This document shows, piece by piece, positions 12,548 through 25,326 of a DNA stretch of 64,000 nucleotides (position 1 is the stretch's first letter; every line of letters starts with the position of its first letter). The notes beneath the pieces are model-generated. The model saw only the letters and a program-made list of their open reading frames with translations, was not told the DNA's origin and made no database searches. The DNA is from Malacoraja senta (lineage: Eukaryota). The DNA lies in assembly GCA_038087875.1 (NCBI GenBank), contig CM075978.1, positions 120,218,001 through 120,282,000 on the forward strand, in the 5' to 3' direction. The translations under genes and the position numbers were made by a program.

Positions 12548-13526
12548 TTTATTCAAATTGTTAGTTTTAGGATAAAGCTCTTTTGTGCTCCTATACTGGA
12601 ACTCCTGAGTCATTTTGGCTTCGGAAGTATTTAGCCTTTGAACTGTTCAAATACAATAATTAAAATAAATGTATTCTGGTGGGTTTACTGGCAACAGCTG
12701 AACAAGTGCCAACTGGGGGTTAAATTTACATATGCAAATTATTAGTTCAAATTCCAGTAGCCTCAGTTTTATATATCTATACAAAATGCAGTCCACTGCA
12801 AAAGAATACTTCACTATTATAAAATGTAAACTCAATGATATTGCTGTACTTGCATAGAGCTGAATAGCCAAGCAAGCGTGCAGTTACATTTTCTTCAATT
12901 ATAGACCAATGGCTAAATCTAGCTACACATGCATTTTCTCTCCCACATACCAAATGTTACTTGCTTGCATTCAACACAGGTCCCACCACATTGCTACTTC
13001 ACCAGTTTTCCTAAAATAAAGAATTTATTGGAAAACAAGTGTATTTCATTAATCAGTCTACAGTCACTGCTGAATAACTCAGGTATGCAAACGTTCACAG
13101 GAGTCAGTGCATTCTTCTTCCACGATATAATAGATGTGTGTGTAGCACAACAAGATAAAAACAATTTACAAATTAGAATATTTGACAACACAAAACTATT
13201 TGGAACCTATAGAAAATTGAAATACTACAGCTGTTACATTTTCCAAAAGCAAGGTCAAAGGAGGGGGTGGGTTATTGGGGGCAGTAACCACAACAGTCTG
13301 TACAGTAGTAATGGCACTTCCAACAGAGCATGCAGCTTATTTTAATTTGCTGGACAGTCATTTGCCCAACATGTGCAGTCTCAGCCTATCAGCTTCACAG
13401 AAGCAGTGGTACAGTGACCCTGTCAGCTGTGTGTGCGGTCTGCCCTTGTAGAGTATTCTTGGCACTTGCAGTAGTGATTGCTTCTTGTGTGTCTGGGAGA
13501 CCTCACGAGCTTTTGTTCAAGCAGCC
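12548..13526 (-). terminator. Probable MAP3K4 3' UTR with candidate poly(A) signals
   Basis: Repeat-free AT-rich stretch after the stop. Minus-strand AATAAA at 13029-13024 and 12553-12548. The actual cleavage site cannot be seen from sequence. Confidence 0.55.
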
Positions 13527-13547
13527 TCATTCTTCATCACAGCAAAC
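13527..13547 (-). CDS. MAP3K4: MAP3K4 terminal coding exon, VCCDEE*
   Basis: ttccag|GTT TGC TGT GAT GAA GAA TGA; matches the remembered mammalian ending VCTDEE*. Confidence 0.93.
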   Translation of the reverse strand, partial: VCCDEE

Positions 13548-13985
13548 CTGGAAACACAAAATATTTAAAGTTGCAATCCAAATGGCAGCATTTCATTTCA
13601 AGTTAAGAGACCATCAATCACAGGCTGGTTCATTATTGCAACACACAGGTGTGATTTAAAGCAACTCAGTATGCAATTGTTGTTAATTGAGTTAGGATAT
13701 CACTGGATGCTCTTGTCAAATCATCTTTAGGCTTATACCAATGAAACGGGCTACTTTTTGTGACGGGGAGGTTTTGAGCATCACAAGCCTATCCCAATAG
13801 ACATTTTCCATGATGCTCAAGATATCTGAAAGCCCATGAAGGAGAAGTGTATGAAACTGCACCTTGAAGGAAAATCCACTGAATGCATAAAAACATGACA
13901 GTCTACATTTATGCTTGCAAGCTGCAATCCAGAGTTAAGTGAAATAAACAAGCTTTCACTATGCATTACAATCGTAACAAGGCAC

Positions 13986-14165
13986 CTTGACAAAAGGGTG
14001 ATCCAGAAGCTGGCTAGATGTCCACCGGTGCTTCGGGTCACTTTCCAGGCAATGGGAGAGAAAGCTCTTGCCTTCTGGACTTAATCGTTCTGGGATGGGA
14101 GGCTTGTGGCCCATTCCCACCTTGTACATTATTTGGAAGTTATGTTCATACTCATGCCACGGCCT
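13986..14165 (-). CDS. MAP3K4: MAP3K4 exon 15/16, 180 nt
   Basis: tttcag|RPWHEYEHNFQIMYKVGMGHKPPIPERLSPEGKSFLSHCLESDPKHRWTSSQLLDHPFVK|gtgcct; phase 0-0. Confidence 0.97.
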
Positions 14166-15064
14166 CTGAAAAAGAAGAGGATGATGTAATTTGAGAGTTT
14201 ACAAACTGCATAAAATAATGGATGTTAGTTTAGTTTATTACTGTCACGAGCCACACAGTTTCACACCTGCCGAAATAATGCTCAGATTTCTGGACTACAA
14301 TCGTATCTATAAAAGGGAATCCAAGGGGAGGAAAGTGATTGAATGACACATTAGAGGCTTTAAAATAAACAAAGGAAGCTACAGAAGCCACAGAAAAGTT
14401 CAACAATCTATACATTCTGCGGTGCAGAGTAAGTGAAACCAGACTACAAAACTATTCAAAAGAACAGCACCAGATAGTACAAGGACATCATCAACTGCTC
14501 TAGAAATAGGATCGTAGTGTTGAACAACGACTAACTGATAAGCAGAAAGTAAACTCAGATTTGTATATAGCTCACTGAAAGGACTTGCTGGTGCAATTCT
14601 TTAAAAGGATAAATATCTTCAAAACAAAACAAAAATTGCACAAAGCCAAAAACACAAGGAACTGCAGATGTTGGTTTACAAAAAAGTCATAGTGCTGGAG
14701 TTACTCAGCAGGTTGGGCAGCATCTCTGTAGAACAGTCTGATAAGGGGTTCCAACCCAAAACATCACCTGTTCATATTCTCCAGAGATGCTGGGTTACCC
14801 CAAAACTTTGTGTCTTTTTTTCCCCAGCACAAAACCAACTTTGATCATTTATGTTTGCATTTCTAATTGGAAGGAAAGCAAGTTTATTTTCTGGAGAGTA
14901 CACATTTTATTGCCTTCAAATTATGTGCACCATTTCCTCTGTATGCTAGTTTGCACCCATCCTAACAAACCTGCAATCTACTGTATCTGTGCACAGAGCA
15001 GGTTGGATTGATCCAGTCCGCCAATGCCGCTTGTAAATCGACTTGCAACAAAGTGGAACAGGAT

Positions 15065-17615
15065 ACTGAACATCTCCAATTTTAGGTAGTCCCTGCTTTC
15101 TCCTTCTTTCCCCTCCCCTTCCCAGCTCTCCCAGAGCCCACTGTCTCCGCCTCTTCCTTTCTTCTTCCTTTCCTTCCTTCCCGACATACAGACAAAATCA
15201 AATACTGTCAAAAAACGGTATATAAATGAACATTCTAATGTACTCTTTAAAAATGCCATCTCCTTGTTACCACCTCTAAACCCATGTTCTGCTGATGATC
15301 TTGTAGATAACTTCAATTCCAAAATTGTGAAAGTTATAGATGTCATTGCACCTGTTATGGTTAAAACGATTTCTGGTAAGCAAAAGGCACCCTGAAGAAA
15401 AGCTGCTTTTGTAACAGCCCAGAAAAGAGAATGCCGGAAAGCTGAACGCATCTGGCGAAAAACAAAACTTCATATTCACCATGACATCTATAAAGAGAGC
15501 CTCCATGCCTACAATTTAGAATTAAAAAGTGCTAGAGAAACATTTTTCTCCAAAATCATTAACAACACTAATAAGGCAAAAACCCTATTTGCAACTGTTG
15601 ACAGACTGACCAACCCCCCAACACAAATACCACCTGAACTCCATTCCACGCAGAAATGCAATGAGTTTGCATTCTTTTATACTGATAAAATTGAAGACAC
15701 CAGACGTGCCATCAATATCTCTGCTTCAAACAAAAATGTTGGATCACCACCCTGTTTAGACAAAAGTAACGTGGCAATGATGACATGCTTTAATGTCATA
15801 GACTCTAAAACTTTTGTGGAAACGGTGACACAACTAAGGCCATCCACCTGCTGCCTTGATGCTTTACCTACCAACTTCTTTAAGAATGTTTTTGACTGCC
15901 TAGCAATAGACATACTGCAAATAGTTAACAGCTCTCTTCAATCAGGCAATTTCCCAAAAGCCTTGAAAACTCCCAAAAGCCTTGAAAACTGCAGTTATTA
16001 AACCCCTTTTAAAAAAGTGGAGCCTAGATGCCTCTATTATTAACAACTATAGACCAATATCAAACCTACCTTTCATAAGTAAAATCATTGAGAAAGTTGT
16101 CCAGCAACTTAATCACTTCCTGGCTTCAATTGGCTGCTACGACAACTTCCAGTCAGGATTTCGACCTCTTCATAGCACTGAGACCGCCCTTATTAAAGTT
16201 GTAAACGACATCCGTCTTAACACAAACTCTGGCAAAGTTTCAATATTAATGCTATTGGACCTCAGTGCTGCATTCGACACTGTTGATCACTCAATACTTT
16301 TGGACAGGTTGGAAAAATGGGTGGGGCTTTCAGGCACAGTCTTAAGTTGGTTCAGGTCATATCTACAAGATAGGAACTATTTTGTTTCCATTGGAGTCCC
16401 GCAAGGTTCGATCTTAGGGCCCTCTTTATTCAACATCTACATGCTCCCACTAGGGCAAATCATGCGAAATAATAATATTGACCACCACTGCTATGCCGAT
16501 GACACTCAAATCTATGTAGCGCTATCACCAAATGACTATCGCCCCATAGATCTGCGCCAGTGCATTGAGCAAGTCAAAGACTGGATGTGCCAAAATTTCC
16601 TCCAACTAAATAAAGACAAAACGGAGATAATTGCTTTTGGTGCTAAAAAAGAGCGGCTTAAAGTAACCCAACACCTTCACTCTCTGTCCCTGAAAACTTC
16701 AAACAAAGCCAGAAATCTCGGGGTTATTATGGATTCAGATTTACATTTCGACAGTCACATCAAATCAGTAACAAAATCGGCCTACTATCACCTCAAAAAC
16801 GTAGCAAGACTAAGAGGACTCATGTCAGCTCAAGACTTAGAAAAACTTGTACATGCCTTTATTACAAGTAGGCTAGATTATTGTAACGGTCTCCTTGCAG
16901 GTCTTCCGAAAAAAAACTGTCAGGCAGCTACAGCTTGTTCAGAATGCTGTTGCTAGAGTTCTAACAAAGACCAAAAAAATTGAACACATTACACCAATTC
17001 TTAAATCCTTACATTGGCTCCCTGTATGTCAGAGAATTGATTTCAAAATCCTGCTGCTCACCTATAAATCAATACATGGTTTAGGGCCAAAGTATATCAC
17101 TGACATGCTCCCACTATATAAGCCTTCTAAGATCTTCTGAGACCAATCTGTTAGTGATTCCCAGAGTAAATACAAAACATGGGAAAGCAGGATTTAGTTA
17201 CTATGCAACAAATAGCTGGAGTAAACTTCCTGAAGATTTAAGACTTGCGCCTACTTTCACCACTTTTAAAACAAGACTGAAAACTTTTATGTTTACTTTA
17301 GCTTTCAGCTAAATCTTAACTACATTGCACTTTTAACTTTTACACTTTTCTATAATGCATTTTTAACTTTGCTTTTATTTTCTTTTAATTCTTCTATTTT
17401 ATTTCATTTTATTGTATGACATGTTTTTATGTGAAGCACTTTGAGTTTGCCTCGTGTATGAAATGTGCTATATAAATAAAGTTGCAGTTGCAGTTCCCGG
17501 CCCCCCACCCCCACATCAGTCTGAAGAAGGGTCTCGACCCGAAATGTTGCCTATTTCCTTCGCTCCATAGATGCTGCCTCACCCGCTGAGTTTCTCCAGA
17601 ATTTTTGTCTACCTT
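15065..17615 (+). mobile_element. Penelope-like (Poseidon-type) ORF end and pseudo-LTR, split by an L2 insertion
   Basis: gaacatctccaattttaggtag resembles the PLE ORF terminus (NIxFSNFR*). A pyrimidine tract follows; after the L2 come ctgaagaagggtctcgacccgaaa and the gatgctgcct..cccgctgagtt tail. Confidence 0.7.
15184..17493 (+). mobile_element. 5'-truncated L2-clade LINE with RT domain
   Basis: ORF 15982-16956 has QSGFR..HSTETAL, LLDLSAAFDTVDH, GVPQGSILGP and YADDTQ, followed by SLHWLPV..RIDFK. Tail is aataaa(gttgca)n. Candidate TSD ttcccg at 15178-15183 and 17494-17499. A 19-bp tandem duplication at 15952-15989 breaks the frame. Confidence 0.92.
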
Positions 17616-19620
17616 CGAACATCTTTGTAATGTTACTTTTAAAATGATACATAGGAATAAAATACAGGCATTTCTGCTAAAACCCAATAGTTGCCTTTCT
17701 AAGCAATCTTGCGTTGTAGAATATCATGTTATAAAGATTATTGTTAAGGGGTGAGGAGTTTGCGGCTAGAGTTTTTCAGACTTAAAAGATCCTGCAGAAA
17801 AAAGTGGCAACAAGTTTATATTTGTTACTGCAAGACATACTAAAGACTGCATGCTACATTGTTTAGCAGTATCATTGCACAAATGTCAAAGAAGCAATCT
17901 CTCGCCAATTTCAATGTACACCGACTGTTAAAGTAGCAGATCTGTTGATAAAGTTAATGGTGCCAGATTACTGTGGGGAAACAGGCTTCCCTCCTTCCTA
18001 GACTTGCTCCCCAAGACAGCTTTTTTTTCTGCCTATCAATTTCTGAAACGACTTAAGTGTTCTCCAGTTCTCTCCAATATAACCAATTTGGCCAGTGTAA
18101 TACAAATGTCGTTCCCTATTTCATTCCTCACGTTACATATCCAATTCATACTGCAGAAACACGTGTTATGTCAGAACTAGTAGTTCTGCAGATCAGGGCA
18201 GTGTCTTCCAGGACCAGACACTGCATGTGTGACCACAAACCTTTTCAACATTCGGAAATCTTCCAGTAACAAATTTACGCCAAGATAACAAAACCCCCTG
18301 TAGATCAATTGACCACATTAAGTATTTCAATATAATTAAACCCTTGACTGAAATGTACCAGCAGAATGGTTTTCCAAAGTAAAACGAACTATTCTGGGAT
18401 GTTAATTAAAATGTAGTACAAGTTATTTACAATAGTAAAGGCTGTAGAGGTTTAATCATCAAGTACATTAAAATGATGGAGAAGACTTTAAAAGATCTCC
18501 CTTGAAGTGGTCCCTTGTTTGCAGGAAAGTGGTGCCGAGGCTAAAGATCAGATGATCTTACTGAACAAAACAGCAGACACAAGTCCAGCAACCATTTATA
18601 TTTATTATTTATATTGTGGTGAAGTGATTTAATTCACCAAGTTAGAGAAACTAACTGTAATAATCAAGTCATCACTCTAAAAAAAGAATCCTCTCTGAAG
18701 CTGGAATTCATAAAATATGGTAATCTAAATGCACTTTCTACTTATTTACAATTTAGTCAACAGAAATACATTGGCTATTAAAAAGCAATGTGAAATGTAG
18801 TGAATATAACTTTTTCTTGAGGGAATCATTTTTCATTTTCAAATTCAGCAAAGAAAACAAGTAATGATGTGGTTCACAGCCAGTATAAAATCTTTTGTCC
18901 CGTAGTCAGTAAGTTTTTGCACTGGGCGTCATGCACTGCCTAAACTCTGGACAAGAGTCCAATAATGAGTTGTAATCCTGCGGACTTATCTCTCGATCTG
19001 AATGATTCAATTCTGTATCTGCAAGAAATCCTGCAAAACAAGTTGGATACTTCGCAAGGATAAGAACTTTATGATTCACATCCCATGGCATTTGATGAAA
19101 ACTCTGGGTACTGGAATAAATAGTTGATAGAAACAGAGTAGCTCAGAGCCCTGATAATACATCAGGCAATGGTGTCGAAAGCAACACGACGTGCACCGTT
19201 CTACTTTAAACTCATTTGTGTCCGGAGGAGGTGGTGGGGGAAAGCAGCTGAAGGACACACGTCAAATGTAGCAAGGACTCAGGAACATTTGTTCAACGCT
19301 ATGTGTAGCTGCTACTCCTGTTCACTGTGTATAACTACGCCTACAGATGCCTATGCTGCTCTGAACAAATATTCCTGCAACCTCAATGACAACTGAACTT
19401 ACCACTAATCAGAGAGGCTCAACATCATTTCACTCTAGAATGCAGGTTTCAAGGGAACTCCAGATAATGCTTCACATAGACACATTACACTAAAACAGGA
19501 GAAGGAGTGGATCATATGAGCCTTTAAATTTACACTGCCATAAGCTGATCTGAACTTGCCTGATCCCTATATCCTCAATTTCTCTGTCAATCCAAAAAAA
19601 AAACAAATGCTGTTACCAAC

Positions 19621-20250
19621 AAGGTGTACATGCAGGTACAACAGGCAGTGAAGAAAGCTAATGGCATGTTGGCCTTCATAACAAGATGATTTGAGTATAG
19701 GAGCAAAGAGGTCCTGCAGTTGTACAGAGCCCTGGTGAGACCACACCTGGCGTATTGTGTGCAGTTTTGATCTCTTAATTTGAGGAAGGACATTCTTGCT
19801 ATTGAGGGAGTGCAGCGTAGGTTCACGAGGTTAATTCCCAGGATGGCGGGACTGTCATATGATGAAAGAATGGAACGACTGGGGTTGTATTCACTGTAAT
19901 TTAGAAGGATGAGAGGGGATCTTATAGAAACATAACATTATTAAGGGATTGGACAAGCTAGATGCAGGTAACATGTTCCTGATGTTGGGGGAATCCAGAA
20001 CCAGGGGGCATAGTTTAAGATTAAGGGGTAGCCCATTTATAACTGAGATGAGGAAAAACATTTTCACCCAGAGTTGTGAATTTGTCGAATTCTCTGCCTC
20101 AGAAGGCAGTGGAGGCCGATTCACTGCATTCAAAAGAGAGTTAGATAGAGCTCTTGGGGCTGGCAGAATCAAGGGATATGGGGAGAAGGCAGGAACGAGG
20201 TACTGATTGTGGATGATCAGCCAGGTGCTAGTCCTGCACCTATTATCTAT
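19621..20250 (+). mobile_element. CR1 LINE 3' fragment
   Basis: QVQQAVKKANGMLAFI...LVRPHL...TRGHSLRLRG with frameshifts. Confidence 0.9.
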
Positions 20251-20503
20251 GAACACATATTATCATGTAGTGTAGACAGACACAAAATGCTGGAATAACT
20301 CAGCGGGTGAGGCAGCATCTCTGGAGAAAAGGAATGTTTCAGGTCGGAACCCTTCTTGTCTGAAGGCTTACTCCAGCATTTTGCGTCTATCTTTGGTATA
20401 AACCAGCATCTGCAGTTCCTTCCTACACACCTTATGATGCAATGTCCTGCAGCAGCCATTACACAATGCCAGTACACTAAAACATACATTCAACGTATCT
20501 CAC

Positions 20504-20610
20504 CTTGCCTGTAACCATTTCCACAAGGACACACCCAAGGCTCCAGACATCTGCAGCACGCCCATGCCCTTCACCCTTTGCTCTGGTGATAACTTCAGGG
20601 GCCATGTAAG
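20504..20610 (-). CDS. MAP3K4: MAP3K4 exon 14/16, 107 nt (APE motif)
   Basis: ttaaag|[36 protein letters not shown]|gtgaga; phase 1-0. Confidence 0.97.
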
Positions 20611-22396
20611 CTTTAACAGAACAAAAGATTTTTCAACATGTTGAAAAATGTCCACGAGAACCCCGAGTACCGACGATTGGCCATTACCGTAAATCTCAGA
20701 GTTCGAATCGGCAAACTCGGGAGAGCTCTTGGAATGAACTCGAACCGTGGGACAGGGCTTTAAAACCAGTGGTGAATTTTGTCTAGGTGGAGAAGTGGTT
20801 ACCAAAGTATTGCTCTGAATAGGAACTGACACCAGCTCATGCATATATGATATAATCTAAATATTCGGTCCAAAGTTCTCTCAAATTTTTTTCAGTTAAA
20901 GTACCAATGACTCTGTCAGAGGGCAACCACAGATCATGGTAGGAAGTACAATCCAATGACTATGCATTCCCAGGTTTGGTCTCTACTGGATTATCAACTT
21001 CACTTAGGTCAGGGCAGGGAAAGCAAGACTGGTTCCAGCATACCTGGGCTGGAGTGAGGAAAAACAGAACCCTCGCACTCGCGTGGACAAGGGATTGCTG
21101 GAAAAGGGATTGCGGGAGTTATATCGTCAAACCTGGGGAACAGAATGATATGCATCGTGTTCAGGCAGATAAGATTTGTTTATCTTGGCATCGCGTTGGG
21201 CAGAGATTGGGCTGAAGGGCCAGTTCCTGTGGCTGTTCTAAGTTTTATCTGAGCTAAACATTAACTTGGCACTAGCTGCACCCACTTGGACTACATAATA
21301 GAACACATTCTGTCATCACAAACTCTTCCAGCAGGAATCAGTACTTGCAAAAATAGAAAAAAATGGAAAGGGCACTTATTTTTAAACAAAATACATGTCC
21401 TCAAATCGGAGCTATTTGACACAAACAACTAACAAGGATAATCTCCCCAGAGGTTTTGTTTGCAATTGTTTGAAATCATCTTCTGCAATGAACACTGATG
21501 GAGAATAAAGCAGCTTTTGTTTAGCATGAGCAGAACGGCTTGGACCACATGTTCTGCTTGGACCACATGCAAAAGAACTCCATAAGGAATAGGAGGTCAC
21601 AGGACCAAAGTTGTACCATTTAGTGCACCATACCATGTTAATCATTCAGCAAGATCACGGCTGATCTACCTTGAACTTCACTTTCCTACACAAGTCCCAT
21701 GCCCCTAGATTATCCGTCTTTATCACTCCCAGGGACCACACCTTCTAAGAAAAGCAATTCCATGTATTCATAACCATCTGAAGACCTCAGTCCAAAGTGG
21801 CCAAACCATTCCCCAGAGATGATGCCCTTCTCTCATACATTGTATAAAGAAGCAACCATACTATCAAGCCCCTTCAGAATCTTGCATCAGTCAACAACAC
21901 CACCTCTCACCTGGGAACATTGGCCTATTGGCAAATATTGATCATTCCTCAAAGCCAGTCCTACCATCCCACTAATCAATTTAGTAAACCTTTGATTGAT
22001 TGGATCACTGACAAGCAGCCTAAAACTGCAGACCAATGTGATCTCACCAAAGCTTTTTGCAGTTTGAACAAGACATTGTACTCTTGATCAAAGCATTCCT
22101 GTGGCACAGACCAAACTGCCTTAACCCACTAAAAGTCAACCGCCGGTGTTACTGAGAAGCTGAGAGATTTTCTATCTGCCATTCAAATGTTTATATTATT
22201 AGTTCAACAAGAAAACCAGCCAGACCACAGGTTTGTGACCATAGGGTGAGCATACTTAAATCAGTAAAAGTGACCTCACACATCAATTGCAGTTCACTTT
22301 TCTGGAGACAAAGCATTTGTATCACCTATAAACCGTATGCACAGATTTAAATGAATGATTAGTGGGAAAGGCAACTTCACCGCACAAGTCTCTTAC

Positions 22397-22519
22397 CAGC
22401 AGTCCCAAGAGTACTGTTCACTTCACCAGGCATGGTCTGGGCAATATTCTTCAGCTTTACTGAACAACCAAAGTCCCCCAGTTTGATCTTACCTGATGAG
22501 GTGAGGAAAATATTGGCAC
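22397..22519 (-). CDS. MAP3K4: MAP3K4 exon 13/16, 123 nt (DFG, activation loop)
   Basis: ttttag|ANIFLTSSGKIKLGDFGCSVKLKNIAQTMPGEVNSTLGTA|gtaaga; phase 1-1. Confidence 0.97.
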
Positions 22520-22587
22520 CTAAAATAAAGAAAATTAAGTAAAGGATTGCTGAAATTTAAATGACTTAGTATTGTATTAGTGCATTT

Positions 22588-23458
22588 CATTACTAATAGC
22601 TCTAGAGCTGTATGAAAAGTTTTGGAAGGATGGATTATAGTTAAAGAAAATTTAGAAATATAGTCAGGAACAATTGATAAGCTTCTGTAGATATATTGTA
22701 TCAGCACTGCTGGAATCATTTACAATTACAAGCTCAAAAGTATTTTGCTGTTTAACAGTTTCTGTTTCTCTCTCTCAATGTCTGTTTCCTGTCTTGATTA
22801 AAACTGATTAAAAACTCATTAAAACTTGCCTCCAATACCCTTCCATTGTTCAAACGACACTTTAATTTAACATGTTTTAACCATTCAGATGAATGAAGCT
22901 TGATATCTGTCATCATAAAACCATCAATGTCAGATTGAAGTAAGTGGGCCTTAAATAAGTTTTACACAGTGTAGAGGAATCAAAAACAAGATGACATACA
23001 TTTGAGCTGAGAGCAAAGATTTAATAGCAACTTGAGAAGCAACTTTTTAAATTAGCGGATGGTGGTTAAATGGAATGAGCTGGCAGAGGAGATAGTTGAG
23101 GCAGGTACTATAACAACATTTAAAAGGCACTTGGACACGTACATGGATAGGAAAGGTTCAGAGGGATATGGGCCAAATGCAGATGAATGGGGCTAGCTTA
23201 GATGGTGCATCTTGGTCAGCATGGACAAGTTGGGAAAAGGGCCTGGTATTGTGATGTATGACTCCAAGTGAAATATGACCACTGAATAAGCATGCAAAGA
23301 TATCGGTTGAGGCATTGTAAACAATACATTACTAATAGCTCTAGAGCTGTGTGAAAAGTCTTGGCAGGTTGGACTATAGTTCTAAGAAATTTTAGAATTA
23401 CAGTCAGAAATAATTGATAGGTTTCTTTAAATATTTTAGCACTGCTAGAATCATCTAT
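22588..23458. repeat. Diverged ~135-bp direct repeat pair
   Basis: cattactaatagctctagagctgt.tgaaaagt...agcactgct.gaatcat at 22588-22723 and 23327-23458. Confidence 0.85.
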
Positions 23459-25166
23459 AGTCACATGCTCAAAAGTACTTGTATTACATAAGGTTCCCAC
23501 CACCAGTTGCTCACAACTGCATTAGATTATGTTAATAAATCAATTGTGATGATTATTGTATAATATGCAGCAGTACACCCCAATACATTCAGTCATGAGA
23601 ATGGTCCCGACCCGAAAAGTCACCATGATGCTGCCTGACCTGCTGAGATACTCCAGCACTTTATGTCCATCTTTGGTATAAACCAGCATCTGCAGTTTCT
23701 TTTTATTACATATAAATATTTAGTATTTGCTGAATCTAGCACGGGTGGAACTGATTGAAGACAATAAATAAATTCTGCTCCTTGCATCTGTAGATTTGTG
23801 CTGAATGCAACACCCCACATGAACAACTCAGCCTTGACTAACTTGTTCTTGTGACAGCCAGATTCCTAATTGTTGTTTAGCAATAAAGCTCCAGATGATA
23901 GTTGATCATACTATTCATTTGATAGTAACTGCAAGCCTCCCAAATCGATGCTCTTACTTGGCAGGTAAAATGCAGCGTTGCAGAGGGCTGTCTTTTCATG
24001 AACATGAGGCTCTTTATGGAGTCTGCCAGAGAAAATACGTGCACAGAATGTAAGAAATAGCTCCACTTCTAATTCTTACAAATTTGGCAGATACAATTTC
24101 ACAATAATGCCTGGCACCTGCGACACTCAGTATGTTTAAGTGAAACTCCTCGTCACACAGCAGAAGTAATTGCTGATTTAAATGTCCTCACCCTGATACA
24201 AGCTTTCTCTTCCCCACCCCACCAGTTTCAACCATGCACTGCATCAACTTTAATTTAGACAACTAATCTTGGCATCTTACTTTAATGATTCGGGGTTTTT
24301 TTAAGCAAGCGATACAGCATGAAAACAGACCGTTTGGCCCACTGAGTCCATACCGAACATCACACTAAGTTCTATGTTATCCCATTTTCTCATCCACTCC
24401 CTAAACACGAGGGGCAATTTACAGAGTCCAATTAACCTACAAACCGCTCGTCTTTGGGATGTGGGAGGAAACCCACGCGGTCACAGGGAGAACGTGTAAA
24501 CTCCACACGCACACAGCACCGAGATCAGGGTCGATCCTGGGTCTCTGGTGCTGTGAGGCAGCAGGTCTACTACCAGCTGCGCCACCTTAAAGTTTTTAAG
24601 TACAAAATATTACAGTGAAAGTCTTTTTGTATGTTGATGCCTGACTTGGGGTAAAGCAAGTGCAATTATTAATTTAGGTTAGTTATATGTTAACAGAAAA
24701 TATAATATATTAACCTTGGCATGTAAAAACAACTCTTTCATGGTAATATTTTATACTTAAATGCATGAATAGTGAAAGATGCCAAAATTAGTTGTCTAAA
24801 CTAGAGCACATTTCAGTTCAGTGCTTCATGGTTAAATTGATGTACAGATTTCTTTTGAAATGCACAAATGAGAATGGATTTCAGAATCTGATCCAAACCC
24901 AAGGCCCCCGTTAACACTGGCAGATACTGATCTTTAAACCACTAGCAGAAACTGTCTCACATAATCACTAATTTATCATCAGCAAGTTACTTTTGTGGTT
25001 TGTTTATTCCAGTTAAACCTCCAATAATGCCATCCCATTGGGCAATAATTGTACGAATTAAAATATCACAATGTAAGGAAGAATGTTTAAAATATAAATA
25101 TGTAGAAAAGCAGCAGCTGAGATTAGCTTGCAATATTGCAAAAAAAATCTTTTGTGCATGCATTAC

Positions 25167-25326
25167 CCTTGATATCTCGGTGCACAATCCCATGTTCATG
25201 TAGCACATTGATAGCTGTGATGATCTGCTTGGTGTACAATCGAATGACGTGCTCCTGTAGACCAAGCCGAGCCACCTCTTCTAGGGTGCCTTCATCACAG
25301 TACTCCATGAAGATGTACATTTCTTC
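25167..25326 (-). CDS. MAP3K4: MAP3K4 exon 12/16, 160 nt (HRD motif)
   Basis: tctcag|EEMYIFMEYCDEGTLEEVARLGLQEHVIRLYTKQIITAINVLHEHGIVHRDIKG|gtaatg; phase 0-1. Confidence 0.97.

Noticed and set aside
18906-19113. Minus-strand 61-aa ORF with an upstream ttccag, as a possible alternative MAP3K4 last exon
   Set aside because: The intron is phase 0 and that frame stops after 13 codons; no recognisable homology.
20611-20844. CpG-enriched Ser/Pro-rich ORF running into the APE exon
   Set aside because: It crosses the exon in the wrong frame and no compatible splice sites were found; origin unresolved.
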